Shown here piece by piece: positions 7,703 through 17,682 of a stretch of 64,000 nucleotides of DNA; position 1 is the first letter of the stretch, and each line of letters opens with the position of its first letter. Location: NCBI GenBank assembly GCA_963977015.1, contig CAXBMO010000017.1:1-64000 (forward strand). Reading direction: 5' to 3'. The notes under the pieces are model-generated. The model saw only the letters and a program-made list of their open reading frames with translations, was not told where the DNA came from and did no database searches. The DNA comes from an uncultured bacterium. GTDB lineage: Bacteria; Verrucomicrobiota; Verrucomicrobiia; Verrucomicrobiales; DEV007. A program made the position numbers and the translations under genes.

Positions 7703-9592
7703 TTAACGAATGATCTGAAACTCTGGCTGCATGAACACGAGCCACAACACGTCTTCGAGAGCGACGAGATCCTGAGTGGCGACTTCGTTGATCACCGCTC
7801 TTTCGTCAGCAGTGGGCAAGCGCGCGAGCGCGTATTGGTATAACCAATCGACAAAGCCGCTTTGGGTTGCCTTTGATGCCAGCAACTTCGCGCCGGCGGT
7901 GAGGTAACCGGCGAGGATATCTCCATTGGCCAGATCGATTGCCTGCAGGGTGGTGAGTTCCTTGGGCCGTGTGGTCACGACTTGATCGCGGTGAGGGCGA
8001 CCGAGAGACCGCATGAGAAAATCGTTCTTGACCAAGGCCGCCCGAACCGGAGGAACCTGAGCCTTCCCGCCTTCGATGGAGATTTCGCGATTCACCTTGG
8101 CCTCGGCTTTGGCGGGGTGCGTCCCGGTGATTTGCCAAATGGAGTCGACGAATTGCTCGGCGGTCATGCGCTTGGCGATGGGCCCGGCATAGGAGTAATC
8201 GGCACCCGGTTCCTTCTCCAGAATCACGCTTTGTGATTGATAGGCCTGTGAGGTCATCACCAAGCGGATGAGCTTGCGCAGATCGTAGTCATCTTCCGCA
8301 AAACGCACCGCGAGAACATCGAGAAGATCCTCATTCCAGGGCTTCGTGTCCATGGCATCAACGGGGTGAACGATTCCCCGTCCCATGAGCCGCTCCCACA
8401 TGCGATTCACCACCGTCCGGGTGAACCGGCCGTTTTGTGGGTGCGTCATCAGGTCCGCCAACTGCTGAAGCCGCGCGGCCTTGGGCGCTTGCGGATCGAC
8501 GTCGCCCAGTTCCGGGAAAATCCAGCGCGGTGTCGCCATGACGCCGATGGGCTTGTCGCAGCGGTTGAGTTCCAGCGGTGCATCGGAGAAGATCGCGGCA
8601 AGGTTGTAGGCCTCGGACAGCTTCCAACGATCGATGAAGCTATCGTGGCAACTGGCGCACTTCATATTAATGCCGAGAAAGACTTGGGAGATGTTTTGTG
8701 AGAACTGGATCTCCCGTGTCTGGCTCGCATTGACGTCGCCGCGCCATTTGATGCCATTGATGAACCCGGCGGAGGCGTCGCCCGGAGGCGCGATCAACTC
8801 GCGGACGAATTGATCGAACGGGAGATTCTCGCGCAGCGCGGCGTAAAGCCAGGTTGTGATTTGGGTCCGGCCCTTGGTGATGAAGCCGGTGCCGGTATAG
8901 TCGTTGCGCAGCAGATCATTCCACGTCGTGAGCCAGTGATCCGCATAACCAACATCATCCGCCAAGAGCGAGTCGATCGCCTTCGCTTTTTTGTCCGGAT
9001 CGGTATCGGCCAGAAAGGCGGCAAGGTCCTCCGGCGTCGGCAGGAGACCGATGGCATCCAGCGTCGCCCGGCGCAGAAAGGCCGCGTCAGACGCCACGGG
9101 CGGCAGTGGCTCCCCATGCTTTTTGAGATGGGCGTCGAGAATCCGGTCAACCGGGTGGTCCCTCCCCTCTTGCGCCGGAGGCAACGCGACAACACGCGGC
9201 CGCAGCGGCGGTTCCCAAGCCGATTCACCCAAGGTGACTCCCGGTTCCCACGGCAATCCCGCGTTGATCCATTTCTTCAGGGTCGCGATTTCGTCCGGCG
9301 AGACTCGCGGTCCTTTCGGCGGCATCGCGTCAACCTCATCCGTCGATTCGATCAGCTCGATCAACCAACTGGCGGACGCGTCTCCCGGCACGACGACTTC
9401 GCCATTTTCGCTTCCGGCCAACAACTCGGCGCGAGTGTTCATGGCCAGTCCGCCCTTTTTCTTCTGACCCGTATGGCATTCGGCACAGTGCGTCTTGAGA
9501 ATCGGCATGACCTCATGGGCAAATTCGATCGCGTGAAGCGTTGGCGAGAGGAACGCGGAGGCGCAGACAAGCAGGAGGGGATTTCGAAACAT
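7703..9592 (-). CDS. Planctomycete cytochrome c / DUF1549 / DUF1553 protein
   Basis: CAECH, MPPKG, HPVD, FLRRATLD, CASCHD, NRMWERLMGRGIV; usual partner of DUF1501. Confidence 0.9.
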   Translation of the reverse strand: MFRNPLLLVCASAFLSPTLHAIEFAHEVMPILKTHCAECHTGQKKKGGLAMNTRAELLAGSENGEVVVPGDASASWLIELIESTDEVDAMPPKGPRVSPDEIATLKKWINAGLPWEPGVTLGESAWEPPLRPRVVALPPAQEGRDHPVDRILDAHLKKHGEPLPPVASDAAFLRRATLDAIGLLPTPEDLAAFLADTDPDKKAKAIDSLLADDVGYADHWLTTWNDLLRNDYTGTGFITKGRTQITTWLYAALRENLPFDQFVRELIAPPGDASAGFINGIKWRGDVNASQTREIQFSQNISQVFLGINMKCASCHDSFIDRWKLSEAYNLAAIFSDAPLELNRCDKPIGVMATPRWIFPELGDVDPQAPKAARLQQLADLMTHPQNGRFTRTVVNRMWERLMGRGIVHPVDAMDTKPWNEDLLDVLAVRFAEDDYDLRKLIRLVMTSQAYQSQSVILEKEPGADYSYAGPIAKRMTAEQFVDSIWQITGTHPAKAEAKVNREISIEGGKAQVPPVRAALVKNDFLMRSLGRPHRDQVVTTRPKELTTLQAIDLANGDILAGYLTAGAKLLASKATQSGFVDWLYQYALARLPTADERAVINEVATQDLVALEDVLWLVFMQPEFQIIR

Positions 9593-9697
9593 GGGGTTTT
9601 CCGGAGGGGCTCGTTCAAGGTAGCGCCTCCAAGGGTTCCCTGACAAGCCTCACCTTGAGGATGTTCGCGAACGCCCATGCTTCCGGCGCGGTTGCCC

Positions 9698-10702
9698 TCA
9701 AGAACCGCAAGCGACGGCGGTGGTGGCGACAGCCTGACCGGGGAGACCAAAGGCGACGTCGTTCGCGTCATTCCACGACCAACCGTAGAATCCATCGTCG
9801 AAGTTTTTGGCACGGTAGCCGAGGAGGGTCGCGACGAGGAAGGACAGGCTGGAACGCCACCCGGTGCCGCAATAGAAAATGAGGGCGGTGTCGCGTTGTT
9901 TGACTCCCTCATCGACGATCCCCAGCTCGATCCATCGCCGCCGGACCTCTTCGAGAACCGGGCCGACCTTGTGGGTTTCACTCTCCACGAGATTGATCCA
10001 GTTTCCTTGAAGGACGGCGTTGGGGATGTGACCGGCCTTCGAAAAGAAAGGGTAGTAACGCGTTTCCGTGCCGTCGTATTCCCCGGGCCGGCGAACATCT
10101 ACAAGGCGCGCCGGGACGCCGGGACGTGAGGCTGCGATTTGCTTCACCTCAGCGGTGGTGGCGAGATATTCCGGTTTCCCCGGCCAGGCCGGGAATGGAT
10201 CGCTGAGCGGCAAGGCGGATTCGGCCACATCGATGGCGCGGGGAATCAACGGGACGGAGGCGCCACCGAACGCGAGCCAGGCATCGATCCCGCCGTCGAG
10301 AAGGCGGATGGTTTCAACCCCGGCAACCATCAGCCCCCAGATCAATCGGGCCGCCGCCATGATTCCATCCGGTTCGGTGCCGTAAACCCACACTTCCCGG
10401 TCCGGAGTGATGCCGAGCGCGCGAAGAGCTTCCGTCAACCGCTCGGGAGGGAGAAGATTGCCGTCAGCAGGACACTGGTAGTTGGGGTAGTAGCGGGATT
10501 GATCCGTTCCCGCTTCGAGAAAGGAGGGATGGACCTGGATCGCCTTGGGAATGTGTTTGCGCACCGGAAGATCACCCTCCAGCGGATGATCGAATGAGGA
10601 GAAGTGGGCTTCGAGAATGATGCGGGGAGCGCCGTTGCCATTGCTTTCCATGGCTTCGCGAGCGGCGAACACTTCGGGGGTGACGAGTTGGAAATCGGTC
10701 AT
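9698..10702 (-). CDS. Tandem rhodanese-domain sulfurtransferase
   Basis: HIPKA, LLDGGIDAW, VDVR..GEYDG, GHIPNA, YCGTGWRS, DDGFYGW. Confidence 0.85.
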   Translation of the reverse strand: MTDFQLVTPEVFAAREAMESNGNGAPRIILEAHFSSFDHPLEGDLPVRKHIPKAIQVHPSFLEAGTDQSRYYPNYQCPADGNLLPPERLTEALRALGITPDREVWVYGTEPDGIMAAARLIWGLMVAGVETIRLLDGGIDAWLAFGGASVPLIPRAIDVAESALPLSDPFPAWPGKPEYLATTAEVKQIAASRPGVPARLVDVRRPGEYDGTETRYYPFFSKAGHIPNAVLQGNWINLVESETHKVGPVLEEVRRRWIELGIVDEGVKQRDTALIFYCGTGWRSSLSFLVATLLGYRAKNFDDGFYGWSWNDANDVAFGLPGQAVATTAVACGS

Positions 10703-10873
10703 TGAGGGAGGCTTCGGGAAAATGGATGGGGAGCGCTCCCCATACACGGAAACGCGATGCCGAAAATTCACTTGGAATGAAAGGACTTTCCAAATTCACG
10801 GCGCCGATGGACTCCGAAGCTGCTTTTCCTCGCGGATCTGGCCTGGCAAGCGGACAATTCGCCGATCCTGAAC

Positions 10874-11320
10874 TCACTCGGACTCGCCAAACTGAAGATG
10901 CTTGAGCGTGGCGATGTGTTTCTGCGCTTGGGGCAACAACTGCTTCTCCACCATCTCCCGGCAGGGTGACGGGGTAGTTTCGTCGTCAAGAATGGCCTGG
11001 TAGTTGGCGAGTTCAAGTTCCTCACCGTTCTGCAGATTCGACAGGATGGTTTGCGATCCCAACACGCTGGAAGACGATTGAATGGTGTAGGCGAGTTTGC
11101 CCCAGGTCCCTGAATCGGGAGCCGGCGCGCTCCCGAGCGCTCCAATCTTGACTTCCAGCCCGGCGATGGCCAGGCGGTGGTCGTTGAGGATTTGATCCAG
11201 GGTCCGGGCCTTGGGATCATCACCATATTTCTTAATCGCCAGCTGATAGGTTTCCACGGCTGAGCGGCTGGCCGTCAGCATCTTGTTGAAGACGGCGGCT
11301 TGCTGTTTGAAGTCTTGCAT
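10874..11320 (-). CDS. PA2169/DUF2383 ferritin-like four-helix protein
   Basis: 148 aa; DSGTWG, GEE...Y, HI..L pattern. Confidence 0.7.
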   Translation of the reverse strand: MQDFKQQAAVFNKMLTASRSAVETYQLAIKKYGDDPKARTLDQILNDHRLAIAGLEVKIGALGSAPAPDSGTWGKLAYTIQSSSSVLGSQTILSNLQNGEELELANYQAILDDETTPSPCREMVEKQLLPQAQKHIATLKHLQFGESE

Positions 11321-11347
11321 GGGGTTATTTGAGGTTGGTTTTATTCT

Positions 11348-11375
11348 ATACTAAGACTTCGGATTTGGCTGACAA
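11348..11375 (-). promoter_or_regulatory. Candidate sigma70 promoter
   Basis: Minus strand TTGTCA-N16-TAGTAT about 30 nt upstream of the 11320 start. Confidence 0.35.
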
Positions 11376-11520
11376 GGCAGAGCTTGCTGCTTCCTGCCTG
11401 TAATTTGTCACCAGACACGGCGCGGAGTGCCAGGAAACCAGCGCGCTCAAGGTCGCAGCATCATGATGTGGATCTGAATTATGGCGTGCTTTGGCTTTCT
11501 CTCGCAGACTCCGAGGGAAA

Positions 11521-12798
11521 ATGAACCATTCGATGAGACATAGTCGGCGTCACTTCCTGAGATCAGCGGGAGTCACGATCGGCCTTCCGTTCCTGAGTTC
11601 CCTGGCGTCGGCGAACTCGAACTGGCCGAAGCCGCCGTCCACCAAACGAATGGTTTTTGTCTCCACGGGACTGGGCATGCACCCCGACTCTTTCTTCCCG
11701 AAGGACTTTGGTCTGGATTTCACGCCTTCGCCCACGCTGAAACCGATGATGCGGCACAAGGGAGACTTCACGGTTTTTTCCCGAATGGATCACCCGCAAA
11801 TTCACGGTGGTCACGGTGGGCCAAAGTCGTTTTTGAACGGTCTTCCGGGAGGCGCCTTCAAAAGCGAAAAAATCACGAGCGTGGATCAGGTTGCCGCCCA
11901 CTCCCTCGGTTACGTCACCCGTTACCCGTCCCTTCACATTGGCGTGGGCGGGCGAGCCGCGTCCTCCTACAGCGAATCGGGAATCAGGCTAAGGCCCGAG
12001 GGATCTCCTCAACAGTTGTTCAAGAAGCTCTTTGTCAATGATAGTGAAGCGGCGAAAAAGGCGCTCGCCGTCGAGATCGAGGAGCAGGGCAGTGTCTTGG
12101 ATTTGGTGAAAGGTCAGGCAAAGATGCTGGAGCGAACCATCAGTCGAATCGACCGCGAAAAACTCGATGAGTATCTGACGGCCATCCGCGATGCCGAGCA
12201 GCGGCTGCAAGGGCTGAAACGCTGGCAAAACGTCAACAAGCCGACGCTTCAGGCGTCACCGTTTGAGGACAAAGAGAAGGACGATGACGGCTACGAGTTT
12301 TACGTGCCGATTCTTTTCGATCTCTTCCACCTCGCATTTCTCTCCGATTCCAGCCGGGTCGTCACGCTCAACTATGCGATCCACAACAACCGCATCCCCC
12401 TGCCCGGCGTGACAAGTGGCTATCATAGCCTCTCCCATCACGGCAGACGCCCTGACGCACTCGCCCAGCTGCAAATCATCGAGGGCTTTTACCTCGAACA
12501 AGTGGCCCGCCTTATCGATAAGCTCAAAGACTCCCAAAGCATGGGCGGATCCATGTTCGATGAAACCATGGTATTCTTTGGCAGTGCCCTGAGCGATGCG
12601 GCGCGCCACTCCAATCGGGATTTGCCGATCATGATCGCAGGAGGCGGGTTCAAGCACAAGGGACACTACAACGCGATCACGTCTCACAAACGGCAAACGC
12701 CGTTGAACAATCTCTTCACCACGATGCTGCAAAATTTCGGCGTTGAAATTGAGAAATATAACGACGCCACCGGCGATCTTTCTCATATCCTCACCTAG
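11521..12798 (+). CDS. DUF1552 domain protein
   Basis: SRRHFLRSAGVTIGLPFL, SVDQVAA, DREKLDEYLTAIR, YHSLSHH, HSNRDLP..IAGG. Confidence 0.9.
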   Translation: MNHSMRHSRRHFLRSAGVTIGLPFLSSLASANSNWPKPPSTKRMVFVSTGLGMHPDSFFPKDFGLDFTPSPTLKPMMRHKGDFTVFSRMDHPQIHGGHGGPKSFLNGLPGGAFKSEKITSVDQVAAHSLGYVTRYPSLHIGVGGRAASSYSESGIRLRPEGSPQQLFKKLFVNDSEAAKKALAVEIEEQGSVLDLVKGQAKMLERTISRIDREKLDEYLTAIRDAEQRLQGLKRWQNVNKPTLQASPFEDKEKDDDGYEFYVPILFDLFHLAFLSDSSRVVTLNYAIHNNRIPLPGVTSGYHSLSHHGRRPDALAQLQIIEGFYLEQVARLIDKLKDSQSMGGSMFDETMVFFGSALSDAARHSNRDLPIMIAGGGFKHKGHYNAITSHKRQTPLNNLFTTMLQNFGVEIEKYNDATGDLSHILT

Positions 12799-12819
12799 AG
12801 CAGTTCATTCAAAACGAAT

Positions 12820-15117
12820 ATGAAGTTCCGTACTCTATGGGGGATCGTGTGTGCGATCTGGCTGGCCGCATCCGCTCTTGCTTCCGAATACCAACCGATC
12901 ATTCCCTTTCTCAACGAATACTGCATCAGTTGCCATGGTCCTGACGAACAGGAGGGCAACGTGAGACTGGATGATGTGCGAAAGATCGACGGCGCACTGT
13001 GGGTCGAAATTTTCCATCAGATCGACCAGAGTGACATGCCGCCGCTCAAGGCGGAGCAACCTCCCGCCGCGTTGAGAGAAAGCATCAACGAACTGATCAT
13101 GGCGGTGTCTTACGACGACAGGTTTACGATTACGACGGGGTATCGGCGACTGAACAAGCGCGAATATCACAACACGGTGGTCGATCTGCTGGGCCTCTCA
13201 GAAGAGTTGTTCAATCCTTCGGCGGACATCTATCCGGACGAAATTGAGGAAGGCTTCGATACGAATGCGGAGAACCTGGAGATCTCCAACGAGCTGTTGC
13301 TGGAGTTCCTGCGATCCGCCGAGAAAAGTCTGCGCACCGCCATCTTCACGAGCGAAACGGAAAAGCCGGAGGTTTCCACCATCACCTTGCCTGCAGGCCG
13401 GCTTGGCTCGACCGGCCAGTTCAGTTCCAGCAACAAACAGGCGGCGGCAACCATGGTTCGAGACGGGACCATCATCGTCAAAAATGGAAGCCAAGTGATC
13501 CAGCAGACCGGGACATATCGCGTCAAGGTTAGTGCGATGGGTAGGAATCGGGCGAACTACCCCAGGTTCAAGAAACCTCAACCTGGCGAGCCTTTCCGGA
13601 TGGAGCTTGGCGTTCACTATCAAGGAAACACGAAGTTCTACCAAAAATTTGAGGTTCAGGAAGATGGGTTTGATGCCTACGAAGGCGAAGTTTGGTTGGA
13701 GAAAGGCGCCTCTCCTTTTGTGAGTTTTACCAATGGGCAGTTCAAGCCCAGGAACATCTTTCGAAAACTGAACCAGCGAGTGCCGATGCCCGCCCTGGTC
13801 GTCAATGAGATGACGATTGAAGGGCCTCTGGATGTCGAATGGCCTCCCGCCACCTACAAGACCACCTTCCAGATCAAGGATCGTGCTCCCAACTTTGCCA
13901 GCTCAGCAGACCGTCGGGTGATTCTGCGAAACTTCGTCTCACGGGCCTATCGTCGCCCGGTCACGGAAAAGGAACTCGAAGGCTACATGATTTACATGAA
14001 TCAGCAGCACGCGAAAGCGGATGATTGGCGCGAGGCGGTGATTCGCACCTTTGCCGCGGTCATGGGTTCAAATGACTTCCTTTATCTTAAGGAAGATTTG
14101 GGTCGTCTCGAACCGTTCCAACTGGCGAGCCGACTCTCTTACTTTTTGTGGAGCAGCATGCCGGATGCCGAGTTGTTCCGGCTGGCAAGCACCGGCGAGC
14201 TCACCGACCCCGAAGTTTACCGGGAACAGATCAAGCGAATGTTCTTCGATCCAAAAACCGAGAACTTTATCACCGGCTTCGGGTCGCAATGGCTTTCCTT
14301 GACGAAGCTCGGTGAAATGCGCCCTGACATTGGACGAAAGGCCTACTTGGATTACTACAAGTATCGCGCTGAGGATGCGATGAGGCAGGAAACCCTGCTC
14401 TACATCAAGCATGTCCTGCTTCAGAATCAGCCGATCGGGGATTTCCTCGATTCCGACTACACCTTCCTGAATGCCGGGCTCGCCAAAATCTACGGACTGC
14501 CTTTTGAAGGCGGAGCCGAACATGTCCTTTACAAACTGCCGGAAAATTCCACCCGAGGCGGATTGTTGGGTCACGGCAGCATCCACGCCGTCACCTCGAA
14601 CGGAGTTGAGACCCTGCCTGTCACGAGAGGACACTGGGTTCTTGATGAGCTGATGGGAACTCCTCCTCCGCCTCCACCGGCGGAAGTCCCGGCTCTGGTT
14701 GCGGACCTCACAGGTCTGGTTTCGCCGCGGGCTCAGTTGGCGAGACACTCCGAAGATCCTGCCTGCTTCAAATGCCACCAGCACATGGATCCCCTGGGCC
14801 TGACCCTGGAGGCTTTTGACATCATTGGGCGCGACCGAACCAGTTATGGCCGGGGCAATCCCATTGATACATCTGGTGAGCTTTTTGGACAGCAGTTCGA
14901 CGATGTTCGCGGCCTGCGCAAAGTGCTTAAAGGCAAAGAGCAACTGTTCGCAGAAGGGCTCGTCACCAAAATTGCAGAGTATGCCAAGGGAAGAACATTG
15001 AACCGCAAGGATCTGGATATCGTGGACGAGATCGTCAGCGGAGCGAAGGCTTATGACTACAGATACATGAACATCATGAGAGACATCCTTGTGAGCGATT
15101 TGATTCTGAGTCGGTAA
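12820..15117 (+). CDS. DUF1587/1595/1592/1588/1585 cytochrome c protein
   Basis: CISCH, RRLNKREY.NTV.DL, LASRLSYFLWSSMPD, TRGHWV, CFKCH..MDPLG. Confidence 0.9.
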   Translation: MKFRTLWGIVCAIWLAASALASEYQPIIPFLNEYCISCHGPDEQEGNVRLDDVRKIDGALWVEIFHQIDQSDMPPLKAEQPPAALRESINELIMAVSYDDRFTITTGYRRLNKREYHNTVVDLLGLSEELFNPSADIYPDEIEEGFDTNAENLEISNELLLEFLRSAEKSLRTAIFTSETEKPEVSTITLPAGRLGSTGQFSSSNKQAAATMVRDGTIIVKNGSQVIQQTGTYRVKVSAMGRNRANYPRFKKPQPGEPFRMELGVHYQGNTKFYQKFEVQEDGFDAYEGEVWLEKGASPFVSFTNGQFKPRNIFRKLNQRVPMPALVVNEMTIEGPLDVEWPPATYKTTFQIKDRAPNFASSADRRVILRNFVSRAYRRPVTEKELEGYMIYMNQQHAKADDWREAVIRTFAAVMGSNDFLYLKEDLGRLEPFQLASRLSYFLWSSMPDAELFRLASTGELTDPEVYREQIKRMFFDPKTENFITGFGSQWLSLTKLGEMRPDIGRKAYLDYYKYRAEDAMRQETLLYIKHVLLQNQPIGDFLDSDYTFLNAGLAKIYGLPFEGGAEHVLYKLPENSTRGGLLGHGSIHAVTSNGVETLPVTRGHWVLDELMGTPPPPPPAEVPALVADLTGLVSPRAQLARHSEDPACFKCHQHMDPLGLTLEAFDIIGRDRTSYGRGNPIDTSGELFGQQFDDVRGLRKVLKGKEQLFAEGLVTKIAEYAKGRTLNRKDLDIVDEIVSGAKAYDYRYMNIMRDILVSDLILSR

Positions 15118-15118
15118 A

Positions 15119-15140
15119 GCTTGAGCCGGACGGCTCAGGC
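15119..15140 (+). other. Intergenic hairpin
   Basis: GCTTGAGCCG-GA-CGGCTCAGGC directly after the stop codon; no U-tract. Confidence 0.4.
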
Positions 15141-15184
15141 ATCGTGGAGAATCCCAACCCCTTATCACCAACGAAGAGTCCAAC

Positions 15185-17557
15185 ATGAGAGTATTTGCCC
15201 GCAAAATCGCCCAAGGGGCTCTGATCGCGTCCCTTGTCGCTTCTATTTCCTGTTTCGATCAACGCGGCAGCGATGGGGCTGCGGCGGAAGGTGCGAATGT
15301 TTACTATGTCGCCACCAACGGCGATGACGAAAATTCCGGCACGTCCCCGGAGCAGCCCCTGGCCACGATCCAACAGGCCGTTGACGTAATGAAGCCCGGC
15401 GACACCTGTTATATTCGCGGGGGAGTTTATCGCGAGACGGTGGATTTGAGCGGCAAAGCCGGTGCTCCCAAGCAGCCCATTACCTTGACCTGCCATGAAG
15501 GCGAAGAGGTAACGCTCGATGGCACGATCGAGATCGATGGAGAATGGACCCTGGACGAAGGCAAGGTCTACAAGACGACCACGAAACAGGATGTGACTCA
15601 GCTTTTTGTCGATGGGAAGCTGATGACCCTGGCCCGTTTCCCGAATGCTCTGGCGTTCTCAGATGATGTTTGGCATCGAACGGCTGCTCGTTGCCATCGC
15701 TCCCGGGATACGACGAATGAACGCGACCGTGGGCACGTCGTCGATGGCAGCCAGGACGCGAAAGCCATTGCGAATGCGGGGCATTCCTTCAATGGGTGCG
15801 TGGCGCTGATGAACTTCGGCGCACATGCCACGGCCTCACGGATCGTGGAAAATCACGCCGAGGGCACCGGTGAGTTCGATTACCGCCCTGAATTGATGAA
15901 ATTCAAAACCACCCTGGGCTACTTCTTTGAGGGTGGAATCGGGAATGCGGAGCGACCCATGCTGGATATCGCGGAGGAGTGGGCGTTTGATGAGTTAACC
16001 AAGACCCTCTATCTCTGGGCCGACGATGGTGAGGATCCGAACGGACGCACGATCCATGGCAAAACCCAGACCTTCGCCATCACCGGTGATGCGGCGACGA
16101 AGCACATCGTTGTGGATGGATTGAACTTTTTCGCGACCACCTTCTCGTTTACCAATTCCGACGATATCACGATCAGGAATTGCGACTTCAGCTACTATGC
16201 GGCTTCGAAGCGGGCGTTGGGAATTCTCGGGCCATCGGATACGGCTCAATTTTCGGGAGACGCCGAGGATTTCTGCACGGATATCACGATCTACAATTGT
16301 GAGTTCCGTTATGCAGACGGCAGCGCGCTGCTTGGCGATTTCGTGGAGAATATCCGCATCGAAAACAATCTCTTTTCCTACATCGATTACGCGTGCGTGA
16401 ACAATGACGCGGGGAAAGAGAGTCCGTTTCAGCCAAGCAGCACCATCCAGATGAACAAGGTGCGCGATCTGGTCTATCGGCGTAATACGCTTTCGGTCAA
16501 CGGGAACGCCCAGAGCTTTTCGGCGAATCGCTATCTCCACCGCAAATTCCGTCGTTTTAATCCGAAAATCTACGACCCAACCACCATCCAGCCGATCGTT
16601 TGTGAATACAACTTTCACACCGCCTGCGGGCTCGTGCATACCGATGGAGCCTCGATGTACATTCCCGATATGCATGTGATGGAATCCGTGGCGCGTTACA
16701 ACTGGTTTATTGGAAACGGGCAACGGGACTTCCGATGGGATGGAAACAACAAACCGCTCACCGGCGTGCACGCCAACCTCTACCGCAACGTGGCCCTGGC
16801 GACCGGCATCAAGAAAATGTCGCCCTCGGGAGGCAATGGATTTCGGGTCAAGGGAAGCTACCACGAAGTCTACAACAACCTCGGTTTGGGGTATGGTGGA
16901 GAACTGAACATTGCGACGGAAAAAGGCGGCAATGAACAAACCATCACTCGCAACAATGCCGCGACCCGCCTGACCGATTATCCCATTCCGGGAATCGCGT
17001 CCCACAACCATGGAGACCGCAGGAAAAGTGATCGGCGTTTGTTAGGGATGGTTCGCGACGTGAAGAACTGGGATTTCCGGCCCCGCGCCGATGCGGTTGA
17101 GCTGATAGATCAGGGAACGCCCGTCGAATGTTCGATCAAGGGTGAGATGATCGATGTCACGGCAGGCTATCTTGGAGAGGCTCCGGATATCGGCGCGTAT
17201 GAGTTTGGGGCCGAGACTTACTGGATTCCCGGGCGGCAGGAAGCGCGGGCTTCCATGCCGATTCCGAAAGCGGGCGGGGAAACGGTTCCGCTCGACGCAG
17301 ACCTGATGTATCTGATCGGCCTGGGCGGCGTGAAAGCGCACATCTACCTGGGAACCGATCCGGACAATCTGGCGTTGGTGACCGCGAAGACAGAACCGCA
17401 GAACATCGTGAGTCTGACCGATGAACACGCCCTGGAAAGCGGCACGTCGTATTCCTGGCGCGTGGATACCGAATGGTCCGACGGCACCGTGGTGAAGGGA
17501 GAGGTCTGGGGATTCACAACCATTTCCGATGATCCAACGCCCCCGAAATCCAACTAA
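15185..17557 (+). CDS. Secreted right-handed beta-helix protein (DUF1565, pectin-lyase-like fold)
   Basis: YYVATNGDD.N.G...PLATIQ.A, PGDTCYIRGGVYRE, PDIGAYE, C-terminal WRVD...G.VW.FTT. Confidence 0.8.
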   Translation: MRVFARKIAQGALIASLVASISCFDQRGSDGAAAEGANVYYVATNGDDENSGTSPEQPLATIQQAVDVMKPGDTCYIRGGVYRETVDLSGKAGAPKQPITLTCHEGEEVTLDGTIEIDGEWTLDEGKVYKTTTKQDVTQLFVDGKLMTLARFPNALAFSDDVWHRTAARCHRSRDTTNERDRGHVVDGSQDAKAIANAGHSFNGCVALMNFGAHATASRIVENHAEGTGEFDYRPELMKFKTTLGYFFEGGIGNAERPMLDIAEEWAFDELTKTLYLWADDGEDPNGRTIHGKTQTFAITGDAATKHIVVDGLNFFATTFSFTNSDDITIRNCDFSYYAASKRALGILGPSDTAQFSGDAEDFCTDITIYNCEFRYADGSALLGDFVENIRIENNLFSYIDYACVNNDAGKESPFQPSSTIQMNKVRDLVYRRNTLSVNGNAQSFSANRYLHRKFRRFNPKIYDPTTIQPIVCEYNFHTACGLVHTDGASMYIPDMHVMESVARYNWFIGNGQRDFRWDGNNKPLTGVHANLYRNVALATGIKKMSPSGGNGFRVKGSYHEVYNNLGLGYGGELNIATEKGGNEQTITRNNAATRLTDYPIPGIASHNHGDRRKSDRRLLGMVRDVKNWDFRPRADAVELIDQGTPVECSIKGEMIDVTAGYLGEAPDIGAYEFGAETYWIPGRQEARASMPIPKAGGETVPLDADLMYLIGLGGVKAHIYLGTDPDNLALVTAKTEPQNIVSLTDEHALESGTSYSWRVDTEWSDGTVVKGEVWGFTTISDDPTPPKSN

Positions 17558-17682
17558 GCCCACCAGGATGAACGTTTGGGGAGTCCGACGCTGAGCATTT
17601 TTCTCGCCTCACTCGCCGCTGTCGGAATCCGCAAAACCGCGAATTGAAAACCGGCAGGATCGGAGGGATGGTCTCGGCCCAC

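Noticed and set aside
6112-7713. Long antisense ORFs (533 aa here; also 51119-52858, 3761-4864, 14068-15204)
   Set aside because: Shadow ORFs opposite well-supported genes in GC-rich DNA; no motifs.
6241-15117. DUF1501/DUF1553 and DUF1552/DUF1592 pairs as a novel system
   Set aside because: Function is unknown, but these are well-known, highly paralogous PVC gene pairs with nothing unusual here.
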